A stretch of DNA of 64,000 bases from Bacteroidales bacterium (GCA_016285175.1 JAEEQF010000001.1:32099-96098); one strand, 5' to 3'; positions 53,819 through 63,346 are shown, counted from the stretch's first letter. Program-made: numbers and translations. Notes: generated from the letters alone by a model not told the origin.

Positions 53819-54766
53819 TTATCGTTTCAGCCGCACATAGATGCTTAGCGGAAGCGCTTTCCCGAAGGAATCGTTGAGGGCCAGTTCCCCGGAAGTCATT
53901 TCCTTGAACTGTCCTTTGAAGGCTTCCCTCACAACGGTCTCCCCCAAGGCGGCGCTGTAGCCGTTGGAGTACAAATTCAGTACCATGAAGGCATCCCGTT
54001 CGTCAAGGATATCGGCCACGTTCTGCAACAGGCCGAAGAGCAGTTCGTCCAGCTTCCACTTTTCGCCGTCCGGCCCATGGCCATAGGCGGGCGGATCCAG
54101 GATGATGCCGCTGTAGCGGTTGCCGCGCCTGGCTTCACGCCTGGCGAATTTGAGCGCGTCTTCCACCACCCAGCGGATGCCGTCCAGGCCGCTGCGTTCC
54201 ATATTTTCGCGGGCCCAGGTGACCACCTGCCGCACCGAATCCAGATGGGTTACATCGGCCCCGGCGCATTTGGCGGCCAGCGAAGCGGCGCCCGTGTACG
54301 CGAAGAGGTTAAGCACCTTGGGGGCAGGCAGGCCGTTGGCCTTGTGGATACGGCATAACCGGCCGGTTTCCCGGTAGATGAACTCCCAGTTGGGGGCCTG
54401 CTCCGGGAAAACGCCCACATGCTTGAAGGAGGTGAGTCCCAGGCGGAGGGACAGGTGCAAGTCGCTGGCGGCATGGGTATCCTGGTCCGGAAGGCCGTTG
54501 TACGCTATGCCCCACTGGTCTTCCATCTTCTTAAGCCGGTTCCACGTGCCGCTGTCCTCCTTCCCCGCCTTGCCGAAACCGGCGCCGGGGATGAAGCTCA
54601 CATGGCACAGGCGTTTCCATTCCGCTTCCGGTAGGGACGGATTCCAGAGGGCCTTGGGTTCCGGCCTCCTTAACACATACTTGCCAAAACGCTCCAGCTT
54701 CTCTCCGGCTCCCGAGTCCAGGAGCTCATAGTCTTTCCAGTATTCCGCAGGGTATTCGACCGCCAT
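53819..54766 (-). CDS. class I SAM-dependent methyltransferase (COG1092/RlmI-like)
   Basis: 315 aa. ELLDSGAGEKLERFG N-terminal motif and NLFAYTGAASL SAM-binding region. Confidence 0.65.
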   Translation of the reverse strand: MAVEYPAEYWKDYELLDSGAGEKLERFGKYVLRRPEPKALWNPSLPEAEWKRLCHVSFIPGAGFGKAGKEDSGTWNRLKKMEDQWGIAYNGLPDQDTHAASDLHLSLRLGLTSFKHVGVFPEQAPNWEFIYRETGRLCRIHKANGLPAPKVLNLFAYTGAASLAAKCAGADVTHLDSVRQVVTWARENMERSGLDGIRWVVEDALKFARREARRGNRYSGIILDPPAYGHGPDGEKWKLDELLFGLLQNVADILDERDAFMVLNLYSNGYSAALGETVVREAFKGQFKEMTSGELALNDSFGKALPLSIYVRLKR

Positions 54767-54783
54767 TGTCTTTGAATTTTTTA

Positions 54784-54791
54784 CAAAGATA
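54784..54791 (-). promoter_or_regulatory. -7 promoter box (TAtcTTTG) for the methyltransferase gene
   Basis: Minus strand reads CTATCTTTGTAA 17 nt upstream of the ATG at 54766. Confidence 0.5.
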
Positions 54792-54793
54792 GT

Positions 54794-54801
54794 TATCTTT
54801 G
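54794..54801 (+). promoter_or_regulatory. -7 promoter box (TAtcTTTG) for pgk
   Basis: GTTATCTTTGTGG 33 nt upstream of the pgk ATG, and only 2 nt from the divergent box. Confidence 0.5.
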
Positions 54802-54834
54802 TGGACTGGACAATAATTTAACTCTTTATACTCC

Positions 54835-56088
54835 ATGCAACAATTCATTGACAAGTACAATTTCAAAGGCAAGAAGGCCATTGTACGCGTAGACTTCAAC
54901 GTTCCCCTAAACGAGAATTTCGAGATTACGGACGACACCCGCATCCGCCGGGCCATGCCCACCCTCAAGAAGGTGCTCGCAGAAGGCGGTTCCCTCATCA
55001 TCATGTCCCATCTGGGCCGTCCCAAGAAGGTGGATCCCAAGTTCTCCCTCAAGCACATCGTGGGCCGCGTAAGCGAATGCCTGGGCGTTCCCGTCCAGTT
55101 CGCCGAAGACTGCCAGAAGGCCAAGGCCCAGGCCGATGCCCTGAAGCCCGGTGAGGCCCTCCTCCTGGAAAACCTCCGCTACTATGCCGAGGAAGAAGGC
55201 AAGCCCCGCGGACTGGCCGATGACGCTTCCGACGAGGAAAAGAAGGCCGCCAAGGCTGCCGTGAAGGCCTCCCAGAAGGAGTTCGTGAAAACCCTCGCCA
55301 GCTATGCCGACTGCTACATCAACGACGCTTTCGGCACCGCCCACCGCGCCCACGGCTCCACCGCCCTCATCGCCGAATACTTCCCCAACGACAAGATGTT
55401 CGGCTACCTGATGGAAGGCGAGATCAAGGCCATCGACAACGTGCTCAAGAACGCCCAGCGCCCCCTCACCGCCATCATCGGCGGCTCCAAGGTAAGCTCC
55501 AAGCTCGCCGTTCTCAAGAACCTGGTGGGCAAGGTGGACAACCTCATCATCGGCGGCGGCATGGGTTATACCTTCATCAAGGCCCAGGGCGGCCATATCG
55601 GCCAGTCCCTCCACGAGGACGAGCTCATTCCGGATGCCCTGGAAATCATGAAGGAAGCCAAGGAGCGCGGCGTGAACCTGAGCCTGAGCGTGGCCACCGT
55701 CTGCGGCCAGAGCTTCGACAATGACACACCCCGCCAGATCTTCCCCATCCGCGAGATTCCGGACGAGTGGGAAGGCATGGATGCCGCACCGGAGAGCCTG
55801 GAGAACTGGAAGAAGATCATCCTCAGCTCCAAGACCATCCTCTGGAACGGCCCCGTGGGTGTTTTCGAACTCCCCAACTTTGCCAAGGGCACCCTTCAGA
55901 TTGCCGAAGACCTGGCCGAAGCCACCAAGATGGGCGCCTACACCCTTGTGGGCGGCGGCGACTCCGTAGCAGCCGTTACCCAGATGGGTTATGCCGATAA
56001 GGTGAGCTACGTCTCCACCGGCGGCGGCGCCATGCTGGAAGCCATCGAAGGCAAAGTGCTTCCGGGCATCGCAGCCATCCAGGACTAA
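54835..56088 (+). CDS. pgk: phosphoglycerate kinase
   Basis: 417 aa. [18 protein letters not shown] and STGGGAMLE. Confidence 0.95.
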   Translation: MQQFIDKYNFKGKKAIVRVDFNVPLNENFEITDDTRIRRAMPTLKKVLAEGGSLIIMSHLGRPKKVDPKFSLKHIVGRVSECLGVPVQFAEDCQKAKAQADALKPGEALLLENLRYYAEEEGKPRGLADDASDEEKKAAKAAVKASQKEFVKTLASYADCYINDAFGTAHRAHGSTALIAEYFPNDKMFGYLMEGEIKAIDNVLKNAQRPLTAIIGGSKVSSKLAVLKNLVGKVDNLIIGGGMGYTFIKAQGGHIGQSLHEDELIPDALEIMKEAKERGVNLSLSVATVCGQSFDNDTPRQIFPIREIPDEWEGMDAAPESLENWKKIILSSKTILWNGPVGVFELPNFAKGTLQIAEDLAEATKMGAYTLVGGGDSVAAVTQMGYADKVSYVSTGGGAMLEAIEGKVLPGIAAIQD

Positions 56089-56107
56089 GCCGCTCTCCGT
56101 CAGCGCA

Positions 56108-56153
56108 TTAAAGAAATCTCCCTGTGACCGGAATCACAGGGAGATTTCTTTAA
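56108..56153. terminator. bidirectional terminator hairpin between convergent pgk and the DUF2723 gene
   Basis: Perfect 20-bp stem TTAAAGAAATCTCCCTGTGA / TCACAGGGAGATTTCTTTAA with a 6-nt loop. T/A-rich on both flanks. Confidence 0.8.
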
Positions 56154-56169
56154 ATACTTGATTGTCAGG

Positions 56170-59100
56170 CTAATCCGTCTCAACGCTCAGGGTATCGGCC
56201 CCCTCCATATCGTAGGAGCCCGTGACGCCTTTCAGCAGGAAGTCGAAGCGGTCCAGTACAGCGTCCGAGAGTTCCTTGTCGCCGTACTGCTTCATCACAT
56301 CGGCAATGTACAGGATCACGCGGCCGGCGGTCTCGAATTCGGCCGATCCCAGTTCGCCCCAGTCCAGATAGAACGTGGCGGTCTCCTGCAGCAGGTCACA
56401 CATATGCATGCCCAGTTCGCGGGCCTTCTGCGTCTCACCCAGGAAGTAATAGTCCTCTATCATCTGGGCCACCATGTAGTCGTTGCCCGAGAAGCCCAGC
56501 GGAATGCTCTCCAGCGGGAAATTCCTTTCCGGGAAACGCTCCTGGCACAGATCCAGCATCTCCAGAGCCTTTTCATCCTCGCCTTCGGCGATGAGGGCGT
56601 TGGCGGCGGACACAAACAGCTGGCGCTGGCTCAGTACGCCCAGGAAGGTATACATGTTCTGGTAGTCTACAAAGTAGTCGTCCCGCTTGAGGGCGTCCCA
56701 CTTGTAGAGGTCCTTCATCTTGGCATAAAGTTCATCGGCATCCACCAGGCCGATGTCCGTGGAACTGATCTTGTTCTGGAGCGGGGTGAAACGGTAAGAG
56801 AAGCCGTCGTACAGCAGGTAATCCTTGATGCCCACCTTCAGGTCTCCGCCCATGTTGAGCACATGCAGCGGACGGTCCCAGTTGTAATTGGACAGCAGGT
56901 CCAGCATGAACAGTTCCGGCTTGGTGAGGTAATTCTTGTCTTCCGGGATGGTGAGCATGATCTGCTCCGGGATATAATCGGCGAACTTCTCCGGGACAAT
57001 TCCGTATTTGAGACAGTTCTCCTTGTTCACCGGCATCACCAGCTTGCGGGCGCAGATGAAGTCCAGCTTATAGCCGTCGTTAAGGGTTACCTTCATCTTG
57101 GGATCCTTGAAGACATCCATTACGTCGGACAGGAGCATCGGGGAGCCGTCGTCGTAGGCGATATACACGAACTCGTTGGTACCGTACAGATACTGCGACT
57201 GGGACACCGTAAGCGGCAGCGGGGCGCTCTTGTTGCAGGCCCACTTCATCTGGTCTATGTACCAGTCCGTACCCAGCAGGGAGGTATTCACCACACGAAC
57301 GTCCGTGCGTATACCTTCAATCTCCTGGGCGTACCAGAGCGGGAAGGTGTCGTTGTCTCCGTGGGTGACCAGCATGCCGTTGGGGCCTACGGACTCCAGA
57401 TAATTGGCAGCCATCTCCGTAGAGGTGTAGCGGTTGGAGCGGTCGTGGTCGTCCCAGTTTTCTTCGGCCATGAGCACGGGAACGCCCAGGCACAGCACGG
57501 AAATGCAAATGGCCACCAGCTTCTCCCGGCCCTTGACGGCCTGCGAGATCCAGTCGTACAGGGCGGCGACGCCCAGGCCGATCCAGATGGCGAACATGTA
57601 GAACGAACCGGCATACGCATAGTCCCGTTCGCGCACCTGGTAAGGCGGCTGGTTAAGGTAGAGCACAATGGCTATGCCCGTCATGAAGAACATCAGGAAC
57701 ACCAGCCAGCTTCCACGCTTGTCCTTGTCGAACTGGAACACCAGGCCCAGCAGGCCCAGCAGCAGCGGCAGGAAGAAATAGTGGTTCTTGCCCTTGTTCT
57801 CGCTGAGCACGGCGGGGGCGTCCGACTGGTCTCCCAGACGGAGTTCGTCAATGAAACGGATGCCGCTTTCCCAGTTGCCATAGAAGACCTCGCCCGGGGA
57901 CGGGCTGTGGATCTCGTTCTGCCGGCCCACGAAGTTCCACATGAAATAACGCCAGTACATCCAGTTGAGCTGATAGTCCAGGAAATACGCCAGATTGGCC
58001 CCGAAGGTGGGCTTGCGGTAAGTGGCGTCCTTAATCCGCTTGCCCTTTCCGCCGGTGTACTGCTGGTAGAAGTCTATGTAGCGCTGGTCTGTGCCGGACC
58101 ACATGCGCGGGAACAGCATCTTGCCTTCCTGGCGGTATTCGGCATCGGCCGGGGCATCGGCATGGACATATTTCCCGTTGAGCGGAGCCCAGTACTTGTC
58201 GGTACGGAGGTCATAGGGCGCATCGAAGTACTGTCCGTACAAAAGCGGCGTGCTGCCGTACTGCTCACGGCTGAGGTAGCGCACCAGGGTGTAGGGATTA
58301 TCGGGCTGATACTCGTTGGTGGGCGTCTTCACGCTGGAACGGATAATCACGATGGAGAAGAGCGAGAAGCCGATAACCAGGGTGGTCACACACAGGAGCA
58401 CCGTGTTCCAGAACACCTTGTCGCTCTTGATGGTATAGAACAGTCCCCAGAAGCACAGCACCAGCAGGGCCACCATGAAGAAGAGGGCGCCGCTGTTGTA
58501 CGGCAGGCCGAAACCGTTCACGAAGATGCGGTCGAAGAAGGCCGCCAGCTTGGGCAGGTACGGAATAAAGAGGTACACCAGCAGGAACTCGATGACTACG
58601 CCGATGAGGAAGATGCCCACCAACTTCTTGAAAGGAAGCTTCTTGTCCTCGTTCTTCCGGTAATAGTACATGAACACGAAGGCCGGGATGGTAAGCAGGT
58701 TCAAAAGGTGTACGCCGATGCTGAGGCCCATCAGGAAGGCGATGAGCACGATCCAGCGGTTGGCGTGCGGCCGGTCCGCCGTCTCGTACCACCGGCACAT
58801 GGCCCAGAAGACCAGGGCCGTGAACAGGGAGCTCATCGCATACACCTCGCCCTCCACGGCGCTGAACCAGAAGGTGTCGCTGAAGCAGTATGCCAGCGCG
58901 CCCACGGCACCGGAGCCGAAGATGGCGATGGCCTGGCCGACACTATAAGACTGCCAGTCCGTATTGTCTGCAGCATCGGCAAGGGCGTTTATGCCCGACG
59001 GAGCATCGGCCTTCTTTTTTGCGGAGGCGGGCATAAATGCCCTGCCTGTCACCAGCCTCTTGGCGAAGAAAACGATGGTAAGGTACAGGAAAAAGATGGT

Positions 59101-59367
59101 GAGGGCGCTCAGGACGGCATTCATGGCATTCACCGCCACGGCCGCGTGCTCCGGCTTTACGCCGATGGTAAAGAACCGGGCCAGGAGCTGGAACACCGGG
59201 TTTCCCGGGGGGTGGCCCACTTCCAGTTTATAGGATGATGCAATGAATTCCCCGCAGTCCCAGAACGATGCGGTGGGTTCTATGGTGGCCAGATACGTAG
59301 CACCCGAAATCACCAGCACGGCCAGGGCTACGATCCAGTTCCACTTGTCAAATGTCTTCTTATCCAT
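56170..59367 (-). CDS. DUF2723 domain polytopic membrane protein (glycosyltransferase-C-like) with a TPR-like C-terminus
   Basis: 1065 aa from the ATG at 59365-59367 (MDKKTFDKWNWIVALAVLVISGATYLATIEPTASFWDCGEFI). The track ORF extends to 60600 only as antisense read-through of the next gene. Confidence 0.8.
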   Translation of the reverse strand: MDKKTFDKWNWIVALAVLVISGATYLATIEPTASFWDCGEFIASSYKLEVGHPPGNPVFQLLARFFTIGVKPEHAAVAVNAMNAVLSALTIFFLYLTIVFFAKRLVTGRAFMPASAKKKADAPSGINALADAADNTDWQSYSVGQAIAIFGSGAVGALAYCFSDTFWFSAVEGEVYAMSSLFTALVFWAMCRWYETADRPHANRWIVLIAFLMGLSIGVHLLNLLTIPAFVFMYYYRKNEDKKLPFKKLVGIFLIGVVIEFLLVYLFIPYLPKLAAFFDRIFVNGFGLPYNSGALFFMVALLVLCFWGLFYTIKSDKVFWNTVLLCVTTLVIGFSLFSIVIIRSSVKTPTNEYQPDNPYTLVRYLSREQYGSTPLLYGQYFDAPYDLRTDKYWAPLNGKYVHADAPADAEYRQEGKMLFPRMWSGTDQRYIDFYQQYTGGKGKRIKDATYRKPTFGANLAYFLDYQLNWMYWRYFMWNFVGRQNEIHSPSPGEVFYGNWESGIRFIDELRLGDQSDAPAVLSENKGKNHYFFLPLLLGLLGLVFQFDKDKRGSWLVFLMFFMTGIAIVLYLNQPPYQVRERDYAYAGSFYMFAIWIGLGVAALYDWISQAVKGREKLVAICISVLCLGVPVLMAEENWDDHDRSNRYTSTEMAANYLESVGPNGMLVTHGDNDTFPLWYAQEIEGIRTDVRVVNTSLLGTDWYIDQMKWACNKSAPLPLTVSQSQYLYGTNEFVYIAYDDGSPMLLSDVMDVFKDPKMKVTLNDGYKLDFICARKLVMPVNKENCLKYGIVPEKFADYIPEQIMLTIPEDKNYLTKPELFMLDLLSNYNWDRPLHVLNMGGDLKVGIKDYLLYDGFSYRFTPLQNKISSTDIGLVDADELYAKMKDLYKWDALKRDDYFVDYQNMYTFLGVLSQRQLFVSAANALIAEGEDEKALEMLDLCQERFPERNFPLESIPLGFSGNDYMVAQMIEDYYFLGETQKARELGMHMCDLLQETATFYLDWGELGSAEFETAGRVILYIADVMKQYGDKELSDAVLDRFDFLLKGVTGSYDMEGADTLSVETD

Positions 59368-59389
59368 CTTGTCTTTTTTCTGCAATTTG

Positions 59390-59397
59390 CAAAGATA
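59390..59397 (-). promoter_or_regulatory. -7 promoter box (TAtcTTTG) for the DUF2723 gene
   Basis: Minus strand reads TTATCTTTGCAAATTG 22 nt upstream of the ATG. Confidence 0.5.
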
Positions 59398-59411
59398 ACA
59401 ATTATTCTGAT

Positions 59412-59419
59412 TATCTTTG
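59412..59419 (+). promoter_or_regulatory. -7 promoter box (TAtcTTTG) for the GNAT-like gene
   Basis: TTATCTTTGCAGTG 20 nt upstream of the ATG at 59440. Forms an 11-bp inverted repeat with the divergent box. Confidence 0.5.
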
Positions 59420-59439
59420 CAGTGAAAAGACGTGTACCA

Positions 59440-60573
59440 ATGAAACCCGAAACCAAGCTTCAGATCGTTTCCGTACAGGGACGGAAGATGCTCAAACAAT
59501 TCATCCGCTTCCCCATAGACCTGTATAAGGACTGCAAAAACTGGGTTCCTGCCCTGGAAGACGACGAATACAATTCCCTGGGAGACAACAATCCATCCCT
59601 GGCCTTTTGCGAAAGGGAACTGTTCCTTGCCATGCGCAGCGGCAAGGTGGTGGGACGCATCGCCGCCATCATCAACCACAATGCCAACAAGAAGTGGAAC
59701 GAGCATACCGTCCGCTTCGGCTGGCTGGATATGATTGATGATTTTGAGGTGGCCAAGGCGCTGGTGGACCGGGTTATCGCCTGGGGCCGCGAACGGGGTG
59801 CACAGAAGGTGAAGGGCCCCCTGGGCTTTACGGACATGGACCGGGAAGGCCTTCTGGTGGAAGGTTTCGAGAAGGAAAGCCCCTTCACCGTCATCTACAA
59901 TTATCCCTATTACGGAGAATTCCTGGAGCGCATGGGATTCCGGAAAGATGCCGACTGGACGCAGCGCATCATAGAATTCGGCGACACCCTGCCGCCCATG
60001 ATGCAATATGCCGACCTGGTGGAAAAACGCTACGGAGTACATCTGTACCGGGCCAAGACCCTCAAGCAGATGGCCCGCCGCGGCCGGGAGATGTTCGACG
60101 TGCTCAACAGCGCCTTCGCCGGCCTGTACGAATACAGCAAACTCTCGGACGAACAGATTGACGGCTATGTGAAGCAGTATGTCCCCGTCCTGAACAAGGA
60201 TATGGTGGCCTTCGTGGTCAACGAGCAGGACCAGCTGGTGGCCTTCACCGTTACCATGCCCCACATCAGCGCCGGCGTGCGCAAGGCCAAGGGCCGTATC
60301 CTGCCTTTCGGCTGGATCCACATCCTGCCCCAGCTGAACCCCAGGAAGAACCACATCGCAGAGGGCCTGCTCATAGGCGTACTGCCGGAGTACCAGGCCA
60401 AGGGAGCCGCCCTGCTCATGTTCAAGTATCTGCACGAGAATTATAACAAACTGGGGATCAAGCATCTGCTGCTCAACCCCCAGTTGGAAGACAATCACAA
60501 GGTCCAGACCTTGTTCGGCGACTATAATCCGCAGGAATACCAGCGGCGCCGCTCTTATGTAAAGGAACTCTAG
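59440..60573 (+). CDS. large GNAT-like N-acyltransferase family protein
   Basis: 377 aa from MKPETKL (the track's GTG at 59422 lies 2 nt after the promoter box). C-terminal GNAT motif-A-like VLPEYQAKGAALLMF. The N-terminal FIRFPIDLYKDCKNWVPAL pattern recalls an uncharacterised acyltransferase family. Confidence 0.55.
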   Translation: MKPETKLQIVSVQGRKMLKQFIRFPIDLYKDCKNWVPALEDDEYNSLGDNNPSLAFCERELFLAMRSGKVVGRIAAIINHNANKKWNEHTVRFGWLDMIDDFEVAKALVDRVIAWGRERGAQKVKGPLGFTDMDREGLLVEGFEKESPFTVIYNYPYYGEFLERMGFRKDADWTQRIIEFGDTLPPMMQYADLVEKRYGVHLYRAKTLKQMARRGREMFDVLNSAFAGLYEYSKLSDEQIDGYVKQYVPVLNKDMVAFVVNEQDQLVAFTVTMPHISAGVRKAKGRILPFGWIHILPQLNPRKNHIAEGLLIGVLPEYQAKGAALLMFKYLHENYNKLGIKHLLLNPQLEDNHKVQTLFGDYNPQEYQRRRSYVKEL

Positions 60574-60812
60574 TTCAACGCTGCCAATACCGCGTCGCAC
60601 ACCTCTCCCACCGTGGCAGGGGCGGGGGCTCCGTCGGGAAAGCGCATCTGGAATTTCTCCTCCACGGCCAGTGACAGCACCAGCATGGTGAGGGAATCCA
60701 CGCCCAGTTCGCGGACCAGTTCGGTCTGGAAACCGGCCTTGCTGAGGTCCGTATTGGGACGGATGGCCGAAAGGATCTCTTTCAGGCCTTCGAAAACTTC
60801 TTCCCTGGTCAT
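60570..60812 (-). CDS. acyl carrier protein
   Basis: 80 aa from MTREEVFEGL. Phosphopantetheine-site motif LGVDSLTML. The start overlaps the ligase stop (ATGA). Confidence 0.8.
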   Translation of the reverse strand: MTREEVFEGLKEILSAIRPNTDLSKAGFQTELVRELGVDSLTMLVLSLAVEEKFQMRFPDGAPAPATVGEVCDAVLAALN

Positions 60813-62305
60813 ACGCGTGCCACTTTCATGCTGCCGGTGCGCTTGAAGTCCTCCGTACGCACGGTCACTTTGATAATCTGATGGGTGGTGGGCAGGGTGG
60901 CGTTGATCTTCTTGACCAAGTTGTTCATATAGGCCTCCACTTCCTCCCAAGGCTTGCCGTCGAAGGCAGGCATGAACGGAAGGATCTCCACTGCAATCAC
61001 CTGGTTGCCATTGAGTTCATCCTCTTTCACCATGGCGTCGCGGACGCAAGGATCGGCATAGAAGGGCTCTTCCAGGCTCTCCGGGCTCACATTCTCGCCG
61101 TTGGAGAGGATGATCAGGTTCTTGATACGGCCGGTGATGTAAAGGAAGCCGTCCTCGTCAAAGCGGCAAAGGTCGCCGGTGCGCAGCCAGCCGTCTTCCG
61201 TGAGGGCTTCGGCCGTGCGTACGGGATCCTTGTAGTATCCGGAGAAGAGGTTGTCGCCCTTCACCCACAGTTCGCCGTCCACAAGCTTGGTCTCCTGTCC
61301 GGGATAGATCCTGCCGATAGAGGTGGGATGGGTGATGGCATCGGCATTGGCGCTGGTGAGGTTGGCGGTTTCCGTGAGGCCGTAGCCGAAGCAGAATTCC
61401 ACCCCCAGCTTGGTGAAGATGTCCACCAGGCGCGGCGGCACGTTGGCGGCGCCGGAGATGATCATCCGGAGGCTGCCGCCCAGGAACTGCGGACCGTACA
61501 TCTTGCAAAGGCCGGCCAGGATGTCGCAGATGCCCGGAACGATGACCAGCAGCGTGGGCTTGATCGCGGGCAGTTTGCCGATGGTGGCCTTCATATCCTC
61601 GCAGGTGAACATAAGGTTGCCGGTATAGAAGCAGCCGCTGAGGCCGGCGATGGCGCCGAACACGTGGCTGAGCGGAAGCAGAGCGATATAGCGGTGTACG
61701 CCAATCACATGGCCGGGCTTGAAGATGGTGTTATAGTTACCCCGCATGAGGGCGCGGTGGCTCAGGACAGCTCCCTTGGGAGCGCCCGTGGTGCCGCCGG
61801 TGAAGAAGATGGCGGCCGGGCTGTCCGGATCGGCCTGGAATACGGGGGCCTCCGTGTCTGCGATGCTGGCGGAAGGCAGTACCTGGGTGCCCTGGATCTT
61901 GGCGGTGAGGGGCATGAATTCTTCGCGCACGAAGATGGCGGCGATGTCAAACTTCACGCAGCAGCCCACGACGGCCATTTCCGGCAGCTGGGCCGGGAAG
62001 TTCATAGCTACATAGCCGGCGCTGGTAACCGCCAGATACAGCTCGATGGCATCCTGGCTGTTGCGGTCCCAGATGGCGATATGGGAGCCCTTGGGCAGGC
62101 CCAGGCCATCGATGAAGGCGCGGCGGCGGGCCACACGCTGGCCCAGCTCCTTGTACGTAATGGTGTTTACAGTGTCCGACAGGGCGGGATTATCGGCATA
62201 CTCCTTGGTGAACCAGTCAACAAACTGTCCCATGGTGGGAAGATACGGGATACGCTCAAACTCCTCCTTGGGGAGCATGTTGAAAAAGTACTCTTGGTTT
62301 GTCAT
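60809..62305 (-). CDS. AMP-dependent synthetase/ligase (fatty acyl-AMP ligase or acyl-ACP synthetase-like)
   Basis: 498 aa. Adenylation cores FFTGGTTGAPKGAVLSH, GYGLTE and TGDLCRFDEDGFLYITGRIKNLI. Confidence 0.85.
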   Translation of the reverse strand: MTNQEYFFNMLPKEEFERIPYLPTMGQFVDWFTKEYADNPALSDTVNTITYKELGQRVARRRAFIDGLGLPKGSHIAIWDRNSQDAIELYLAVTSAGYVAMNFPAQLPEMAVVGCCVKFDIAAIFVREEFMPLTAKIQGTQVLPSASIADTEAPVFQADPDSPAAIFFTGGTTGAPKGAVLSHRALMRGNYNTIFKPGHVIGVHRYIALLPLSHVFGAIAGLSGCFYTGNLMFTCEDMKATIGKLPAIKPTLLVIVPGICDILAGLCKMYGPQFLGGSLRMIISGAANVPPRLVDIFTKLGVEFCFGYGLTETANLTSANADAITHPTSIGRIYPGQETKLVDGELWVKGDNLFSGYYKDPVRTAEALTEDGWLRTGDLCRFDEDGFLYITGRIKNLIILSNGENVSPESLEEPFYADPCVRDAMVKEDELNGNQVIAVEILPFMPAFDGKPWEEVEAYMNNLVKKINATLPTTHQIIKVTVRTEDFKRTGSMKVARV

Positions 62306-62335
62306 TATTTAGATTAGGTTTAGATTTCAAAGGTA

Positions 62336-62343
62336 CAAAGATA
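62336..62343 (-). promoter_or_regulatory. -7 promoter box (TAtcTTTG) for the ligase-ACP pair
   Basis: Minus strand reads GTATCTTTGTACC 30 nt upstream of the ligase ATG, abutting the menG stop. Confidence 0.45.
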
Positions 62344-63042
62344 CTACTTTTCTCCGACATACATACGGCAAAGGCCCAGCGTGAAGGTCCTGTACCGGAC
62401 ATTCCGGAACCCTGCAGCCCGCATGAAAACGCAGAAAGTGTCCGGATCGGGGAAGGCGTGGACGGAGGCGGGAAGGTATTTGTAGGCCGCCTTGTTGCCG
62501 GATACCAGGCCGCCGATCCAGGGCAGGATATGCAGGAAATACAAGTCGTAAAGCCGGCGGATGCTGCGGTTGGTGGGAACGGACAACTCCAGGATTACCG
62601 TCTTTCCGCCAGGCTTGAGAACACGAAGGAACTCTACCAGTCCCTTTTCCTTATGTTCGAAATTGCGGATACCGAAAGCGCAGAACACCCGGTGATAGCT
62701 CTCATCGGCAAAGGGCAGGGCCTCGGCATCGGCCGTCTGCAGGCGGATCCTGTCGTGCACGCCCTCCTTGGCGGCTTTCCGCATTACCAGGGCCATCATC
62801 CCTTCCGAGATGTCCACGCCGGTGACGCGGCTCCCCAAGGCTGCGCCTTTGGCCAGGGCGATGGTGCTGTCCCCCGTCCCGCAGGCTACATCCAGGATCT
62901 GCTGTACGGAACCGTCCACCACTTCCTTCAGCGCCCGGCGGCGCCAGCACTTGTCCACCCCCAGGCTCAGCACATGGTTGAGCCTGTCGTACGACGGGGC
63001 TATGCCGTCGAACATTTCCTTTATGTTTTCTTTTTTGGGCAT
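62344..63042 (-). CDS. menG: demethylmenaquinone/ubiquinone methyltransferase (UbiE/MenG)
   Basis: 232 aa. FDGIAPSYDRLNHVLSLG, LDVACGTGD and LKPGG. Confidence 0.88.
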   Translation of the reverse strand: MPKKENIKEMFDGIAPSYDRLNHVLSLGVDKCWRRRALKEVVDGSVQQILDVACGTGDSTIALAKGAALGSRVTGVDISEGMMALVMRKAAKEGVHDRIRLQTADAEALPFADESYHRVFCAFGIRNFEHKEKGLVEFLRVLKPGGKTVILELSVPTNRSIRRLYDLYFLHILPWIGGLVSGNKAAYKYLPASVHAFPDPDTFCVFMRAAGFRNVRYRTFTLGLCRMYVGEK

Positions 63043-63278
63043 TACGGCACTGGGTCATAACCGCTTCCGCCCCAGGGGTGGCAGCGGAGGATTCTACGGA
63101 CGGAAAGGTACAGCCCCTTGAAAGGCCCGTACTTGCGGAAGGCCTCCAGGGCATACTGGGAACAGGTGGGTGTAAAGCGGCAGCTGGGCGGCGTAAACGG
63201 GCTGATGCACACCTGATAAAACTTGATCAGGAGCACAAACGGCGCAATAAGTATTTTCTTTAACCAGCTCACACTCAA
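63042..63278 (-). CDS. yidD: membrane protein insertion efficiency factor YidD
   Basis: 78 aa. [22 protein letters not shown]...[14 protein letters not shown]. The start codon is uncertain (TTG at 63278 or GTG two codons later). Confidence 0.88.
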   Translation of the reverse strand: MSVSWLKKILIAPFVLLIKFYQVCISPFTPPSCRFTPTCSQYALEAFRKYGPFKGLYLSVRRILRCHPWGGSGYDPVP

Positions 63279-63288
63279 TAGTTTATAC

Positions 63289-63346
63289 GAATACCCTGCT
63301 GTATTCTAGCAGCAGGGTATTTAGGTAATTGCCTGATTGACAGACG
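63289..63346. repeat. palindromic terminator-like repeat element, copy 2
   Basis: ATACCCTGCTG-N8-CAGCAGGGTAT 11-bp stem right after the rnpA stop. The GTAATTGC flank and beyond lie inside the rnpA coding sequence. Confidence 0.75.

Noticed and set aside
56158-59238. 1026-aa plus-strand ORF opposite the DUF2723 gene; similar cases at 48670-51345 (891 aa, opposite RND/MFP), 5579-7666 (695 aa, opposite Wza), 37207-39198 (663 aa, opposite dnaB) and 43254-45290 (678 aa, opposite holB/ispB)
   Set aside because: Same reasoning. Each lies opposite a confidently identified gene, crosses gene boundaries and has an H/G/V/A/D-rich low-information sequence.
59368-60600. Upstream 411 codons of the 1476-aa track ORF 56170-60600
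   Set aside because: This is read-through antisense to the GNAT-like gene and across a divergent promoter region. The real DUF2723 protein starts at MDKKTFDKWNW (ATG at 59365-59367), 22 nt downstream of a TAtcTTTG box.
60813-60950. 46-codon N-terminal extension of the ACP ORF (track start 60950)
   Set aside because: It overlaps the ligase C-terminal coding region in another frame. ACP homology and an ATGA coupling point begin at MTREEV (60812).
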